The position numbers were made by a program, and so were the translations under genes. A DNA stretch of 64,000 bases from Candidatus Falkowbacteria bacterium (GTDB taxonomy: Bacteria > Patescibacteriota > Patescibacteriia > Patescibacteriales > UBA12465). Within the stretch, counting starts at the first letter, position 1. Every line of letters begins with the position of its first letter. Shown here piece by piece: positions 35,213-44,078 of this stretch. Below the pieces are notes generated by a model, which had not been told where the DNA came from, searched no databases, and was given only the letters and a program-made list of their open reading frames with translations. Location: contig JBAXJX010000002.1 in assembly GCA_037137655.1 (NCBI GenBank), positions 101,730 to 165,729 on the forward strand. The letters run 5' to 3'.

Positions 35213-36142
35213 ATGGGATTTTTTAATAAAAAACCAATACTTAAAAAAGAAGATGCCCGACTTCCAATAATTAAAATTCTGGGAATAGTTCTTTTAATTT
35301 TATTATTGATAGTTATAATAAAACCCTCGGTCGTTTTTTCATCTTGGTGGAATCCTTCCAGTTGGAAAATTTTTCAGAGAACAGATATTAAAACTCAAGT
35401 ATTAGAAAAAAGAATATTAGAACTTGAGAGTAAACTTAATATTGCCACAACAACAAATTCCACATCAACTCTTGAAGTTAATGCCACAACAACTTCTGTA
35501 ATAAATAGTGAAGAAAAAAAAGTTATTACAAAGAATGCCACAACAACTTCTGCAACAAATATTGACGAAGAAAAAGTTACTAAAAAAATAGAGCCAAACA
35601 CCTCTGTCCCGACAGTTGATATTTATGCTAAATATAGAGACCCAGTAACTGGAAAAGTAATGACTCCAACAGAATGGGTTGATTATTACGATAAAAAGTG
35701 TGCCAGTCAAGATAAAGTAAGGAGTACAGCCATGAATAGTGATGGAACCATAAGTTGTATTACTTATACTCAGGCATGCCAGGCTAAGTTCGGAATAAAC
35801 AGCTATTCAAGTGGAGATAAAGAATGTAATTGTACGGAGGGGTATGCTTTTGATAGTAATAATAAGTGTTCCGTAATCGATTATAATGCGTTATGTCAGA
35901 AGAAATATGGAGTAAATAGTTATTCGACGGGTAAAAATTCTAGCGGAATTAACACTTGCGGATGTAAGACTGGTTATTTTTTTAATCAATCTGGATCTTG
36001 TCAGTTAAAACAGACAACTGATTATAATAACGCGCCCTATAGACAAGATGGTAATGCGTACAGCCCAGCACAATTAAATGCCATGGATTGTGCTTGGTAT
36101 GGAATTAATTGTCCTACAATAAATGTAAGAATTCTTAATTAA
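35213..36142 (+). CDS. membrane-anchored extracellular protein with Thr-rich and Cys-rich internal repeats
   Basis: N-terminal TM helix. Repeats NATTTSVINSEEKKVITK / NATTTSATNIDEEKVTKK. Two Cys modules: ACQAKFGINSYSSGDKECNCTEGYAFDSNNKCS and ALCQKKYGVNSYSTGKNSSGINTCGCKTGYFFNQSGSCQ. Confidence 0.55.
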   Translation: MGFFNKKPILKKEDARLPIIKILGIVLLILLLIVIIKPSVVFSSWWNPSSWKIFQRTDIKTQVLEKRILELESKLNIATTTNSTSTLEVNATTTSVINSEEKKVITKNATTTSATNIDEEKVTKKIEPNTSVPTVDIYAKYRDPVTGKVMTPTEWVDYYDKKCASQDKVRSTAMNSDGTISCITYTQACQAKFGINSYSSGDKECNCTEGYAFDSNNKCSVIDYNALCQKKYGVNSYSTGKNSSGINTCGCKTGYFFNQSGSCQLKQTTDYNNAPYRQDGNAYSPAQLNAMDCAWYGINCPTINVRILN

Positions 36143-36172
36143 TAAAAATTAATTTGAGCTGTTTATTGATAT

Positions 36173-36634
36173 ATGCCAAACAAAACAATAGAAATGGAAT
36201 ATAAATGGAAGTATAATGAATTATGGCCATACAATGGAATGGTTAACGACCTCTGGAGAGGAGTCCAGGCCGAAGAAAATTATTTAGTTGCCCTCGGTCT
36301 TTTCACATATTCCGAAATATTAGGAAGGATGATTCTTGGCACAATCGGCAAAAAGGGAGGCGGCAGTGGTGCCTTTAGAGAATTTACAGAGAAATATATA
36401 GGTTATTCTTTTGTAGATGAAGCAGAATGGAATGAAATCTTTAATAAATATAGGAATGGATTTGCTCACGAATTTTATATCAAAGAACTAGGGAGCGCAG
36501 TCTACAACGAGGACGGTTCAGCATCTTGCGGAATCGATATTTCCCAGAAACCATATAAAATTTATATTCATTCTTATTTTATTCATTTTACCAAGGGTCT
36601 AGAAAAAGCAATTGATTCAGGGGTGCTAAAATAA
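36173..36634 (+). CDS. hypothetical protein
   Basis: 153-aa ORF, the last gene of the islet. No motif recognised. Confidence 0.5.
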   Translation: MPNKTIEMEYKWKYNELWPYNGMVNDLWRGVQAEENYLVALGLFTYSEILGRMILGTIGKKGGGSGAFREFTEKYIGYSFVDEAEWNEIFNKYRNGFAHEFYIKELGSAVYNEDGSASCGIDISQKPYKIYIHSYFIHFTKGLEKAIDSGVLK

Positions 36635-36684
36635 GAATATTAAACAAATTTAGTGGGAGCAAGACTTAAAACCGTTCCAAGTGC

Positions 36685-36702
36685 GTCCCACCCTCTCCGC
36701 CA
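36685..36702 (+). other. tRNA 3'-end-like fragment (GTCCCACCCTCTCCGCCA), possible att remnant
   Basis: CCTCTCCG (36692-99) equals the acceptor 3' strand plus discriminator of tRNA-Ser at 31982-89, and CCA follows. No matching 5' half lies upstream. Confidence 0.45.
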
Positions 36703-36706
36703 ACAC

Positions 36707-36740
36707 AAAAAAATCTGCCCTACGGCAGATTTTTTTATTT
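36707..36740 (+). terminator. intrinsic terminator (AAATCTGCC stem)
   Basis: AAATCTGCC-CTAC-GGCAGATTT plus a T-run. The stem is the same as at 38005..38036. Confidence 0.85.
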
Positions 36741-36795
36741 TATGACAAGGTGATATAATTAACATGTGCTTATTTATAAACTAAATATTAAATTT

Positions 36796-37530
36796 ATGAC
36801 TTTAAAAAATAAAGTAGCTTTGGTTACTGGCGCGGCCAAAGGTATTGGTCGTGGTATCGCTTTGGCTTTAGCTAAAGAGGGTTATCATGTAGCCATTTCC
36901 GATATTGATGAGGTGGCTTTAAATTCGGTGGCTACCGAAATTACCGACCTTGGCGTTAAAGCTTTGGCGGTAAAATGTGATGTGTCAAAAAAAGTTGAGG
37001 TTGATGTGATGGTGGAAAAAATTGTGGCCGATCTTGGCTCTTTAGATGTCTTGGTGAATAATGCTGGAATTTTTCCATTCGTGGCCTTTAAAGATATGAC
37101 CGAAGAACAATGGGACAAGGTGATGAATGTAAATTTGAAAAGTATTTTTTTATGTTCGCAAGCGGCGGCTAAAGTTTTGCCAAACGGTGGTCGCATCGTT
37201 TCGATTTCTTCCATCGCTTCCATGGTTGGTTTTGCCGGTCTAGCTCATTATTGTGCGACGAAAGGTGGTATTAATGCCATGATCCGAGCTTTAGCCCTGG
37301 AATTGGCGGATAGAAAAATTACAGTAAATGCTGTGGCTCCAGGCGCGATTCAAACTCCAGGCGCGGCTTCCAGCGATGAACAAGTTGCGCAAACTGTGAC
37401 GGCAATTCCACTAGCGCGCATGGGTCAACCGGAAGATATTGCTAATGCCGTAGTTTTCCTAGCTTCCGAACAATCCAGTTATATTACTGGTCAAACCATT
37501 GTCGTTGATGGTGGTTGGACTTTACGCTAA
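36796..37530 (+). CDS. short-chain dehydrogenase/reductase (FabG-like)
   Basis: [16 protein letters not shown] and YCATKGG motifs. Start moved to ATG 36796 ([12 protein letters not shown]). Confidence 0.85.
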   Translation: MTLKNKVALVTGAAKGIGRGIALALAKEGYHVAISDIDEVALNSVATEITDLGVKALAVKCDVSKKVEVDVMVEKIVADLGSLDVLVNNAGIFPFVAFKDMTEEQWDKVMNVNLKSIFLCSQAAAKVLPNGGRIVSISSIASMVGFAGLAHYCATKGGINAMIRALALELADRKITVNAVAPGAIQTPGAASSDEQVAQTVTAIPLARMGQPEDIANAVVFLASEQSSYITGQTIVVDGGWTLR

Positions 37531-37532
37531 AA

Positions 37533-38000
37533 ATGACAAAAATAAAATTTTCTATTGCACATAAAGATGAGGAGATGTTAGATCTCGTAAAAAATACTGA
37601 GCATAAAAAATTGGCTCTTTGGGCGATTGCTTGTGCTGAGCGCGTTTTGCCGTATTTTGAAAAAAAATATCCCAAAGATAAGCGTCCGCGAATAGCCATT
37701 GAAACTTTGCAAGCGTGGATAAAAACGGGAATATTTAAAATGGTGGTTATTCGTAAAGCCTCACTGGATTCTCATGTAGCTGCTCGCGAAGTTGGCGAGG
37801 ATAGTGCGGCGCGTTCAGCGGCGCGAGCTGCTGGTCAAGCGGTTGCCACTGCTCATGTTCCTCGACACGCTTATGGTGCGGCGGTTTATGCCCAACAAGC
37901 TATTTTTCGCGCAACTAATTCGGTTGAGGCTGATGTGGCTGCAACTGCAGAGCGTGACTGGCAATATCATCAGCTGTTAAAAATAAAAAATAAGAGTTAA
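37533..38000 (+). CDS. Imm5-like putative immunity protein (all-helical)
   Basis: LALWAIACAERVLPYFEKKYPKDKRPRIAIETLQAWIKTG...AARSAARAAGQAVATAHVPRHAYGAAVYA resembles the Imm-5-type family as I recall it. Start set to ATG 37533, 3 nt after the SDR stop. Confidence 0.5.
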   Translation: MTKIKFSIAHKDEEMLDLVKNTEHKKLALWAIACAERVLPYFEKKYPKDKRPRIAIETLQAWIKTGIFKMVVIRKASLDSHVAAREVGEDSAARSAARAAGQAVATAHVPRHAYGAAVYAQQAIFRATNSVEADVAATAERDWQYHQLLKIKNKS

Positions 38001-38004
38001 ATAT

Positions 38005-38036
38005 AAAAAAAATCTGCCACCAGGCAGATTTTTTAT
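38005..38036. terminator. bidirectional intrinsic terminator (AAATCTGCC stem)
   Basis: AAATCTGCC-ACCA-GGCAGATTT flanked by A8 and T6. Confidence 0.85.
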
Positions 38037-38048
38037 TGGACCATTTGA

Positions 38049-38429
38049 TTAACTGTTTATTGCTTTTTTTACTCTAGCAACAAGATCATCTCGATCGAAT
38101 GGTTTTTTAATATAATCTTTTACACCGGCATCTATTACCTCTTTAATTTTTTTATCTGACAGGTCGAGGGCTGACAGAAAAATTACTTTATAATCTTTTC
38201 TTATTTTGGAAATACGACCAAAAAGATCCCACCCGGAAATATCCGGCATCATTATATCTAAAAGTAATAAGCTGAAATTATCTAATTTGATTTCTTCAAT
38301 GGCCTTAATTCCTTGGTCGACACTTACCACTTCAAAACCTTCTTTTTCTAAAATAGTTTTAACTACAATCAACGTGTCTAATTCATCATCAACGTGCAAG
38401 ATTCTTTTTTTTGCGGTTGTGTTTTTCAT
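38049..38429 (-). CDS. stand-alone receiver-domain response regulator (CheY-like)
   Basis: ILHVDDE..., LLLLDIMMPDISGWDL, ...SALD..., KKPF. At 126 aa there is no output domain. Confidence 0.9.
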   Translation of the reverse strand: MKNTTAKKRILHVDDELDTLIVVKTILEKEGFEVVSVDQGIKAIEEIKLDNFSLLLLDIMMPDISGWDLFGRISKIRKDYKVIFLSALDLSDKKIKEVIDAGVKDYIKKPFDRDDLVARVKKAINS

Positions 38430-38588
38430 AGTTTGACTAGTTTAATAATTAATTTACTCTAATATTACACCCAAAATAAAAAGCTGTAAAGAAATAATAT
38501 ATTTTATATGATGATTAAATTGTCTGTAAAAAACTTTTACAGTTTTTGGTTTTTAATGTAATATTGAAGTAGGTTAAAAAATAATATT

Positions 38589-40586
38589 ATGAATAAGTCT
38601 AGCGAAGATAAAAAGGAAATATTAATTAAAGATCTTAAATTACTTGCCAAAGTTTCTAGTGTGTTGTTGGTGGTATTGGGTGTGCTTGTGATAATTGGGT
38701 GGGTGTATAATATTGGGGTATTAAAAAGTGTTATTCCCGGCCTTATGGACATGAAGGTTAACGCGGCTATTTGTATTATTCTGGTTGGTTTATCTTTATG
38801 TCTTTATCAGTGGGTGGCATCGAAGAGTTATTGGCGTAACAATATTATTAGACTATTTTCCCTGACAATACTTTTTCTTAGTAGTGCGGCAATTTATGAA
38901 TATTTTTCTGGTCAAAATACCGGCTTGGATCAATTAATTATTAAGGAAGCTGCAAACACTATAACAACCGCCGCTCCCGGCCGCATGGCTTTTACGAGTG
39001 CCTTAGGATTTTTATTGACTTGTATAGGGTTGTTTTTTCTTAGTTTTAAAACTACCAAATTTGATAAGTTTATTCAGTTTTTGGCGTTAATTGTGGGTGT
39101 TGATGGTATGATTTGTTTTTTTGCCTATATTTATGGATCAAGTGGCATGATGTTCGGGTTAATATTTAGTACTGCCATGGCCTTGCACGCCGCAATAGCC
39201 TTTATTGTTATAAGTTTTGCACTGTTATTTTCTACAAGTACTGGCTTCATGATTTTTTTAACTGAGTTTAAAAGTGGTAGTATTATCTTTCGAAAACTAT
39301 TACTAATAAGCATTATTATTCCTCTGGCCTTTGGTTGGCTGCAAGTTCAAAATAAAAATATTAATATTTTTGAATTTGAATATACTACCGCCATTATAGT
39401 GGTGATTAATATTATTATTACTTTAATATTTTTAAAATATGAAGCAAAATTTATTAATAGGTATGATGAAATTAATTTGCGCACAGAAGAACAATTAAGA
39501 GAAAATAATTATATACTAAATGAGGCACAAAAAATCACAAATATTGGTAGTTATGTGCTTGATATAAGAGGTGATGTTTGGACTAGTTCGGAAACCTTAG
39601 ATAAAATTTTTGGAATCGATGATAGTTATGAGCACTCTACGGCCACTTGGGTTAATCTAGTTTATCCTGACGATAGAGAGATGATGGCGAATTATTTTAG
39701 CAATGAAGTACTTGGTAAGGGTAAGTTTTTTGATAAGATGTATAGAATTAATAAAGGTGGTGGTACTTGGGTTTATGGTCGGGGGCGATTAGAGTTTGAC
39801 AAAGACGGAAAACCAATTAAAATGATTGGGACGATACAGGATATTACAGAGCAACGACAAACGGAAATTAGATTGATGGCGTTGGATAAATTAAAAGATG
39901 ATTTTTTGTCCACGACGACTCATGAATTGAAAAGTCCTTTAGTGCCAATTAAAGCTCAGGCGCAGTTATTGCTAGCAGGAGATTATGGTAAGCTAACGCG
40001 CAATCAAAAAAGCGCAGTGGAAATGATCTATAAAAACGAGGAGGCTTTACGGGTGTTAACTGGCGATATTTTTGATATCACAAAGATTAGATCGAGTAAA
40101 TTAAAATTAATTTTAGAAAAGAGTAGTGTAGAAAAAATAGTTGCCAGCGCAATTAATAGTGAAAAAAATATAGCTTTAGAAAAGCAAATAACTATTTTAT
40201 TGTTACCAGTTCCTGTGGTACCGCTAATACAAATAGATGTTCCTAGAATTACACAGGTTCTTAATAATTTGTTGGAGAATGCTATTAAATTTTCTCCAGA
40301 AAACAGTAAGGTGACAGTTGAAATTAAAAAAGGTAAAAATGATGTTGTAGTGATGGTGTGCGACAATGGCATTGGAATTGCTCCGGCAAATATTAATAAG
40401 TTGTTTATACCGTTTTCCCAAATTGATAGTGATATCAGTAGGAAATACCGTGGCACTGGATTGGGATTGGCAATTTGCAAAGGGATTGTAGAGGCACACA
40501 AGGGTAAAATATGGATAGAGAGCGAGGGGTTAGGAAAAGGAACAAAGGTGAGTTTTAGCTTGCCTATTAAAACTAAATTAAAATAA
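38589..40586 (+). CDS. sensor histidine kinase (polytopic N-terminal sensor, PAS, HisKA, HATPase_c)
   Basis: About 8 TM helices; a PAS-like region (NEAQKITNIGSYVLD...VYPDDRE); H-box STTTHELKSPL; N/G boxes NLLENAIKFSP, DNGIGI, GTGLGLAICKGIV. Confidence 0.9.
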   Translation: MNKSSEDKKEILIKDLKLLAKVSSVLLVVLGVLVIIGWVYNIGVLKSVIPGLMDMKVNAAICIILVGLSLCLYQWVASKSYWRNNIIRLFSLTILFLSSAAIYEYFSGQNTGLDQLIIKEAANTITTAAPGRMAFTSALGFLLTCIGLFFLSFKTTKFDKFIQFLALIVGVDGMICFFAYIYGSSGMMFGLIFSTAMALHAAIAFIVISFALLFSTSTGFMIFLTEFKSGSIIFRKLLLISIIIPLAFGWLQVQNKNINIFEFEYTTAIIVVINIIITLIFLKYEAKFINRYDEINLRTEEQLRENNYILNEAQKITNIGSYVLDIRGDVWTSSETLDKIFGIDDSYEHSTATWVNLVYPDDREMMANYFSNEVLGKGKFFDKMYRINKGGGTWVYGRGRLEFDKDGKPIKMIGTIQDITEQRQTEIRLMALDKLKDDFLSTTTHELKSPLVPIKAQAQLLLAGDYGKLTRNQKSAVEMIYKNEEALRVLTGDIFDITKIRSSKLKLILEKSSVEKIVASAINSEKNIALEKQITILLLPVPVVPLIQIDVPRITQVLNNLLENAIKFSPENSKVTVEIKKGKNDVVVMVCDNGIGIAPANINKLFIPFSQIDSDISRKYRGTGLGLAICKGIVEAHKGKIWIESEGLGKGTKVSFSLPIKTKLK

Positions 40587-40603
40587 TTATTAATATTAAA
40601 AAT

Positions 40604-41188
40604 ATGGAAAATATGAATTTAATAAAGCCACTGGTTGGCTCTAAATTGCCAGAAATGGAGTTGGATATTTTTTATGCCAACACTATTAAAAAAGTTAAGT
40701 TATCAGATTATAATGGAAAATGGTTAATCCTATTTTTCTATCCAGCAGATTTTACATTTGTTTGTCCAACTGAGTTAAAAGAGTTAGCACTAAATTATGA
40801 AAAATTTCAGGCTCTCGGGGCTGAAGTTGTAAGCGTTAGTACTGATACGGCCTTTGCGCATTGTGCTTGGCATGAAGAATCAGAATCAATTAAGTTGATT
40901 AAGTTTCCGATGGCAGCTGATCCAACAGCTAAGTTGTCTCAAGCGCTAAATGTTTATTTGGAGGATGAAGGTTTGAGTTTGCGCGGTACATTTATTGTTA
41001 ACCCCGAAGGAGTTATTAAGGCTATGGAGGTTCATGATAATAGTATTGGTCGTAGCATTGATGAGTTGGTGCGAAAATTAGAAGCAGCAATATTTGTGAG
41101 TCAACATGGCGGTGAAGTTTGCCCAGTGAATTGGAAGCCGGGTGCTAAAACTTTAAAACCAGGAGTAGATTTAGTGGGAAAAATATAA
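40604..41188 (+). CDS. ahpC: typical 2-Cys peroxiredoxin (AhpC/Prx1 type)
   Basis: FYPADFTFVCPTEL (peroxidatic Cys) and GEVCPVNW (resolving Cys). Confidence 0.9.
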   Translation: MENMNLIKPLVGSKLPEMELDIFYANTIKKVKLSDYNGKWLILFFYPADFTFVCPTELKELALNYEKFQALGAEVVSVSTDTAFAHCAWHEESESIKLIKFPMAADPTAKLSQALNVYLEDEGLSLRGTFIVNPEGVIKAMEVHDNSIGRSIDELVRKLEAAIFVSQHGGEVCPVNWKPGAKTLKPGVDLVGKI

Positions 41189-41208
41189 AATTAATTAAGA
41201 TAAATATT

Positions 41209-41925
41209 ATGATTGAACTAAAAGGTAAAAATGCTTTAATTACTGGATCGAGTCGTGGTGTTGGGCAACAAATTGCTCAAGGCTTGGCGACGCTTGGTTG
41301 TAACGTTATTATTCATGGGCGTACCCCAGAAAGCTGCACTAAAACATTGGAGCTTTTGAAAAAGTACGATGTGCAGGTTTATAGTGTTTATGGTGAACTA
41401 TCCAATGAGTCTAGTGTTAAGGAGTTAATAAAACAAGTAGAAGCATTAAATATTAATATTGATATTTTGTATAACAATGCTGCTATTATGAGTCCGTATC
41501 GAGTTGATTTTTGGAATCATACTTGGGATGACTTTATGGAAAGTTTTAAGGTTAATGTTTGTGCGATGTATTCTTTGTGTGCGGCCTTTATGCCAAAGAT
41601 GATTGAAAATGGTTTTGGCCGAGTTGTTAATTTAACTTCTGGCATAAAAGATCAGCCAGAATTGGCGCCTTATGGTGCATCCAAGTGGGCTGTGAATAAG
41701 TTAACTGATGATCTTGCGGCTAAACTTGTAGACACTAATGTGAAAATAAGCACACTTGATCCAGGTTGGTTACGGACTGATCTTGGTGGGCCGCAAGCTG
41801 ATCACCCAGTAGAAGCGGTTTTGCCTGGCGCTTTGGCTCCGGCCCTAATTGAAAACGATGGTCCAAATGGCCAATTTTTTTCAGCGATTGATCATAAACT
41901 TGATCCAGAATTGTTAAAAAAATAA
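41209..41925 (+). CDS. short-chain dehydrogenase/reductase
   Basis: ALITGSSRGVGQQIA, NNAA and YGASKWAV. Confidence 0.8.
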   Translation: MIELKGKNALITGSSRGVGQQIAQGLATLGCNVIIHGRTPESCTKTLELLKKYDVQVYSVYGELSNESSVKELIKQVEALNINIDILYNNAAIMSPYRVDFWNHTWDDFMESFKVNVCAMYSLCAAFMPKMIENGFGRVVNLTSGIKDQPELAPYGASKWAVNKLTDDLAAKLVDTNVKISTLDPGWLRTDLGGPQADHPVEAVLPGALAPALIENDGPNGQFFSAIDHKLDPELLKK

Positions 41926-41944
41926 TAAAACTAAATAGTCTTTG

Positions 41945-41975
41945 AAAGAGCGGAGCTGTGCTTCGCTCTTTTTAT
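41945..41975 (+). terminator. intrinsic terminator
   Basis: AAAGAGCG / CGCTCTTT stem plus a T-run. Confidence 0.65.
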
Positions 41976-41980
41976 TTAGC

Positions 41981-42009
41981 TTGACTTTTCATTATTTGCG
42001 TTGTATGAT
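41981..42009 (+). promoter_or_regulatory. sigma70-type promoter
   Basis: TTGACT, 17-nt spacer, TATGAT. Confidence 0.6.
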
Positions 42010-42057
42010 TTTACATCGAGCAGTTCTTTTACAGTATTAATTTAAAACCTAGAAACC

Positions 42058-42654
42058 ATGAACCAAATAATTATTTACAGTCTTTTAGCGGTAATTGCCA
42101 TGTTATTGGTAATAATAAAAATTTTAGTAAGAAAGCGAAACCTGGTCAAAATTAAAATGGAAGTGTTAAGTGATCTGGTTAGTGAGAATTCAAAATGCTC
42201 TATTAAAATTTTAGAAAAATTAGTGAAGGTAAATACTTCTGATAAGATTTATTCTGAAATTTTTGTTGAACAAGTGCGCCTTTATTTTGTTCGCTTTTTA
42301 GATGGTGGTGAAATTTTAGATATTTCTAATTATATTTCACAACTCAATAAAAATAATAATCGTTTATTGTGGGTTCTGATGCGAGCAGCTTCTAAAATTT
42401 CGTTACCTCGCTTGGTAAAAATTTACCGTGCTGCTTTGGAGAGTGAATATAATTCTCGCAATAAAGTGTTTCGTGAAACTATGGATTTTATCCTTTGGGT
42501 AATTCTGGAAAATAGTATGCATGACAAGTTTGTTGTGGAATTACGAAAAGGCTTAAATGAACAAAAAATCAGTAATGAAATCCAAAGCTTAATCAAGGCT
42601 GAGATTACTAGGATTGAAAAATCAAAAGAATGGAAAAATAATGACGAAGCCTAA
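42058..42654 (+). CDS. hypothetical N-terminally anchored protein
   Basis: One TM helix followed by a helical region. No motif recognised. Confidence 0.5.
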   Translation: MNQIIIYSLLAVIAMLLVIIKILVRKRNLVKIKMEVLSDLVSENSKCSIKILEKLVKVNTSDKIYSEIFVEQVRLYFVRFLDGGEILDISNYISQLNKNNNRLLWVLMRAASKISLPRLVKIYRAALESEYNSRNKVFRETMDFILWVILENSMHDKFVVELRKGLNEQKISNEIQSLIKAEITRIEKSKEWKNNDEA

Positions 42655-42737
42655 GGAATAATAAAACAAAAAAATAAGAGGACTTAAAAAGCCTCTTTTT
42701 TATTTGGCAAAAATAATAAAAGTGCTAAGATAGGATT

Positions 42738-43355
42738 ATGTTAAATATTTATTTAGCCCGTCACGGGCAAGATGAGGACAATGCTAACGGAATTTTAAAT
42801 GGACATCGTGATACGTCCTTAACGACTCTTGGCTTGGAACAAGCACAAAATTTGGCGGATGAAATTAAAAAAGCTGACCTTAATTTTGATGCTATTTATT
42901 CTTCACCGCTCAAGCGTACCTATAAAACAGCGGAAATAATTGCAACTACTATTGGTGATAATAATGTGAAAATAATACCGGATTTAATTGAGCGCGATTT
43001 TGGCGTGATGACTGGAAAAAGGGTAAGTGAGATTGAAAAACTATGCGCTCCGGATATTATCAAAACTGATATGGTTATGTATTTTTTAAAACCAGATAAG
43101 GCGGAAACATTTCCCAGATTATTAGAGCGCGCCAGGGTGGTTTTAGCTAATATTAAAAAACAATATAAAAATGGTAATATTTTATTAGTAACCAGTGGTG
43201 ATATTGGTAAAATGATTTACGCCGCTTACTATAATTTGGACTGGAAAAAAGTTTTGCAAGAATTTCATTTTGGAAATACTGATTTGTTGATTTTATCTAG
43301 TAATAGTGGTAGTATTAATCATTATGTTGTTACTAATAAACAGTATAATGCTTAG
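42738..43355 (+). CDS. histidine phosphatase family protein (phosphoglycerate-mutase-like)
   Basis: IYLARHGQDEDN (RHG motif), ...GHRDTSLT..G..QA, ...SSPLKRT. Confidence 0.8.
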   Translation: MLNIYLARHGQDEDNANGILNGHRDTSLTTLGLEQAQNLADEIKKADLNFDAIYSSPLKRTYKTAEIIATTIGDNNVKIIPDLIERDFGVMTGKRVSEIEKLCAPDIIKTDMVMYFLKPDKAETFPRLLERARVVLANIKKQYKNGNILLVTSGDIGKMIYAAYYNLDWKKVLQEFHFGNTDLLILSSNSGSINHYVVTNKQYNA

Positions 43356-43432
43356 AAGATTGTTGTAAAATATTAAAATAGTAAAGGTCTTTAAAAATTA
43401 AACATAAAAATATTCCTCGGAGGGGATTAAAA

Positions 43433-44047
43433 ATGGAAAGAACAGAAATTATCGGAATGATTTCCGGCTTAATGGTGGTGTTTGGTGCCAGCTCTTATTT
43501 TTACCGCACTTGGCAGGGGAAAATAATACCGAATATTGTAACCTGGTTATTGTTTTCTTTTATCGAGCTCTCCATCCTTATTAATTATAGGGCTGTTGGA
43601 GCGAGCGATAATCTTTGGCCGGCAGTATTTACATTGTTGGATTCTTTATTGATTACAACCATAATCATTGCAAAATATGGGAGAAAAATTAAGTTGAAAA
43701 GATTTGATTATTTCTGTTTTGCGCTTGGTTTTATTTCTTTGGTGTTGTGGTGGTGTTGGCGAGAAAACCCAGCTTATGCGCAGTATTCTTTGTATGCTGC
43801 AATGTTAGCTGATGTGGCTGCTGGTATCGCGACACTTAATTCGGATCACTCAAATCCGGACGAAGATCGGCCGTTCATGTGGTTGATATTTGCCGCTGCT
43901 TATGGCTTGGATATGTTAGCTATTAAAAAACATGATATCGCTAATTATTCCTTACCAATTTACATGTGTCTGGGGGCGATTATTATTGCCATTCCATTAA
44001 TTCGGTATCGAATAAAAATGAAAATTCCACTAAGGGAGTGGATTTAA
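43433..44047 (+). CDS. hypothetical 6-TM membrane protein
   Basis: Hydrophobicity pattern only. Confidence 0.5.
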   Translation: MERTEIIGMISGLMVVFGASSYFYRTWQGKIIPNIVTWLLFSFIELSILINYRAVGASDNLWPAVFTLLDSLLITTIIIAKYGRKIKLKRFDYFCFALGFISLVLWWCWRENPAYAQYSLYAAMLADVAAGIATLNSDHSNPDEDRPFMWLIFAAAYGLDMLAIKKHDIANYSLPIYMCLGAIIIAIPLIRYRIKMKIPLREWI

Positions 44048-44078
44048 TGAAAGTATTAAACAAAAAAAATAAGAAACC

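Noticed and set aside
36640-36702. A complete second tRNA gene at the right end of the islet
   Set aside because: Only the acceptor 3' strand with CCA and a partial T-arm are recognisable. No complementary 5' acceptor (GGAGAGG), D-arm or anticodon arm can be found in the preceding 90 nt on either strand.
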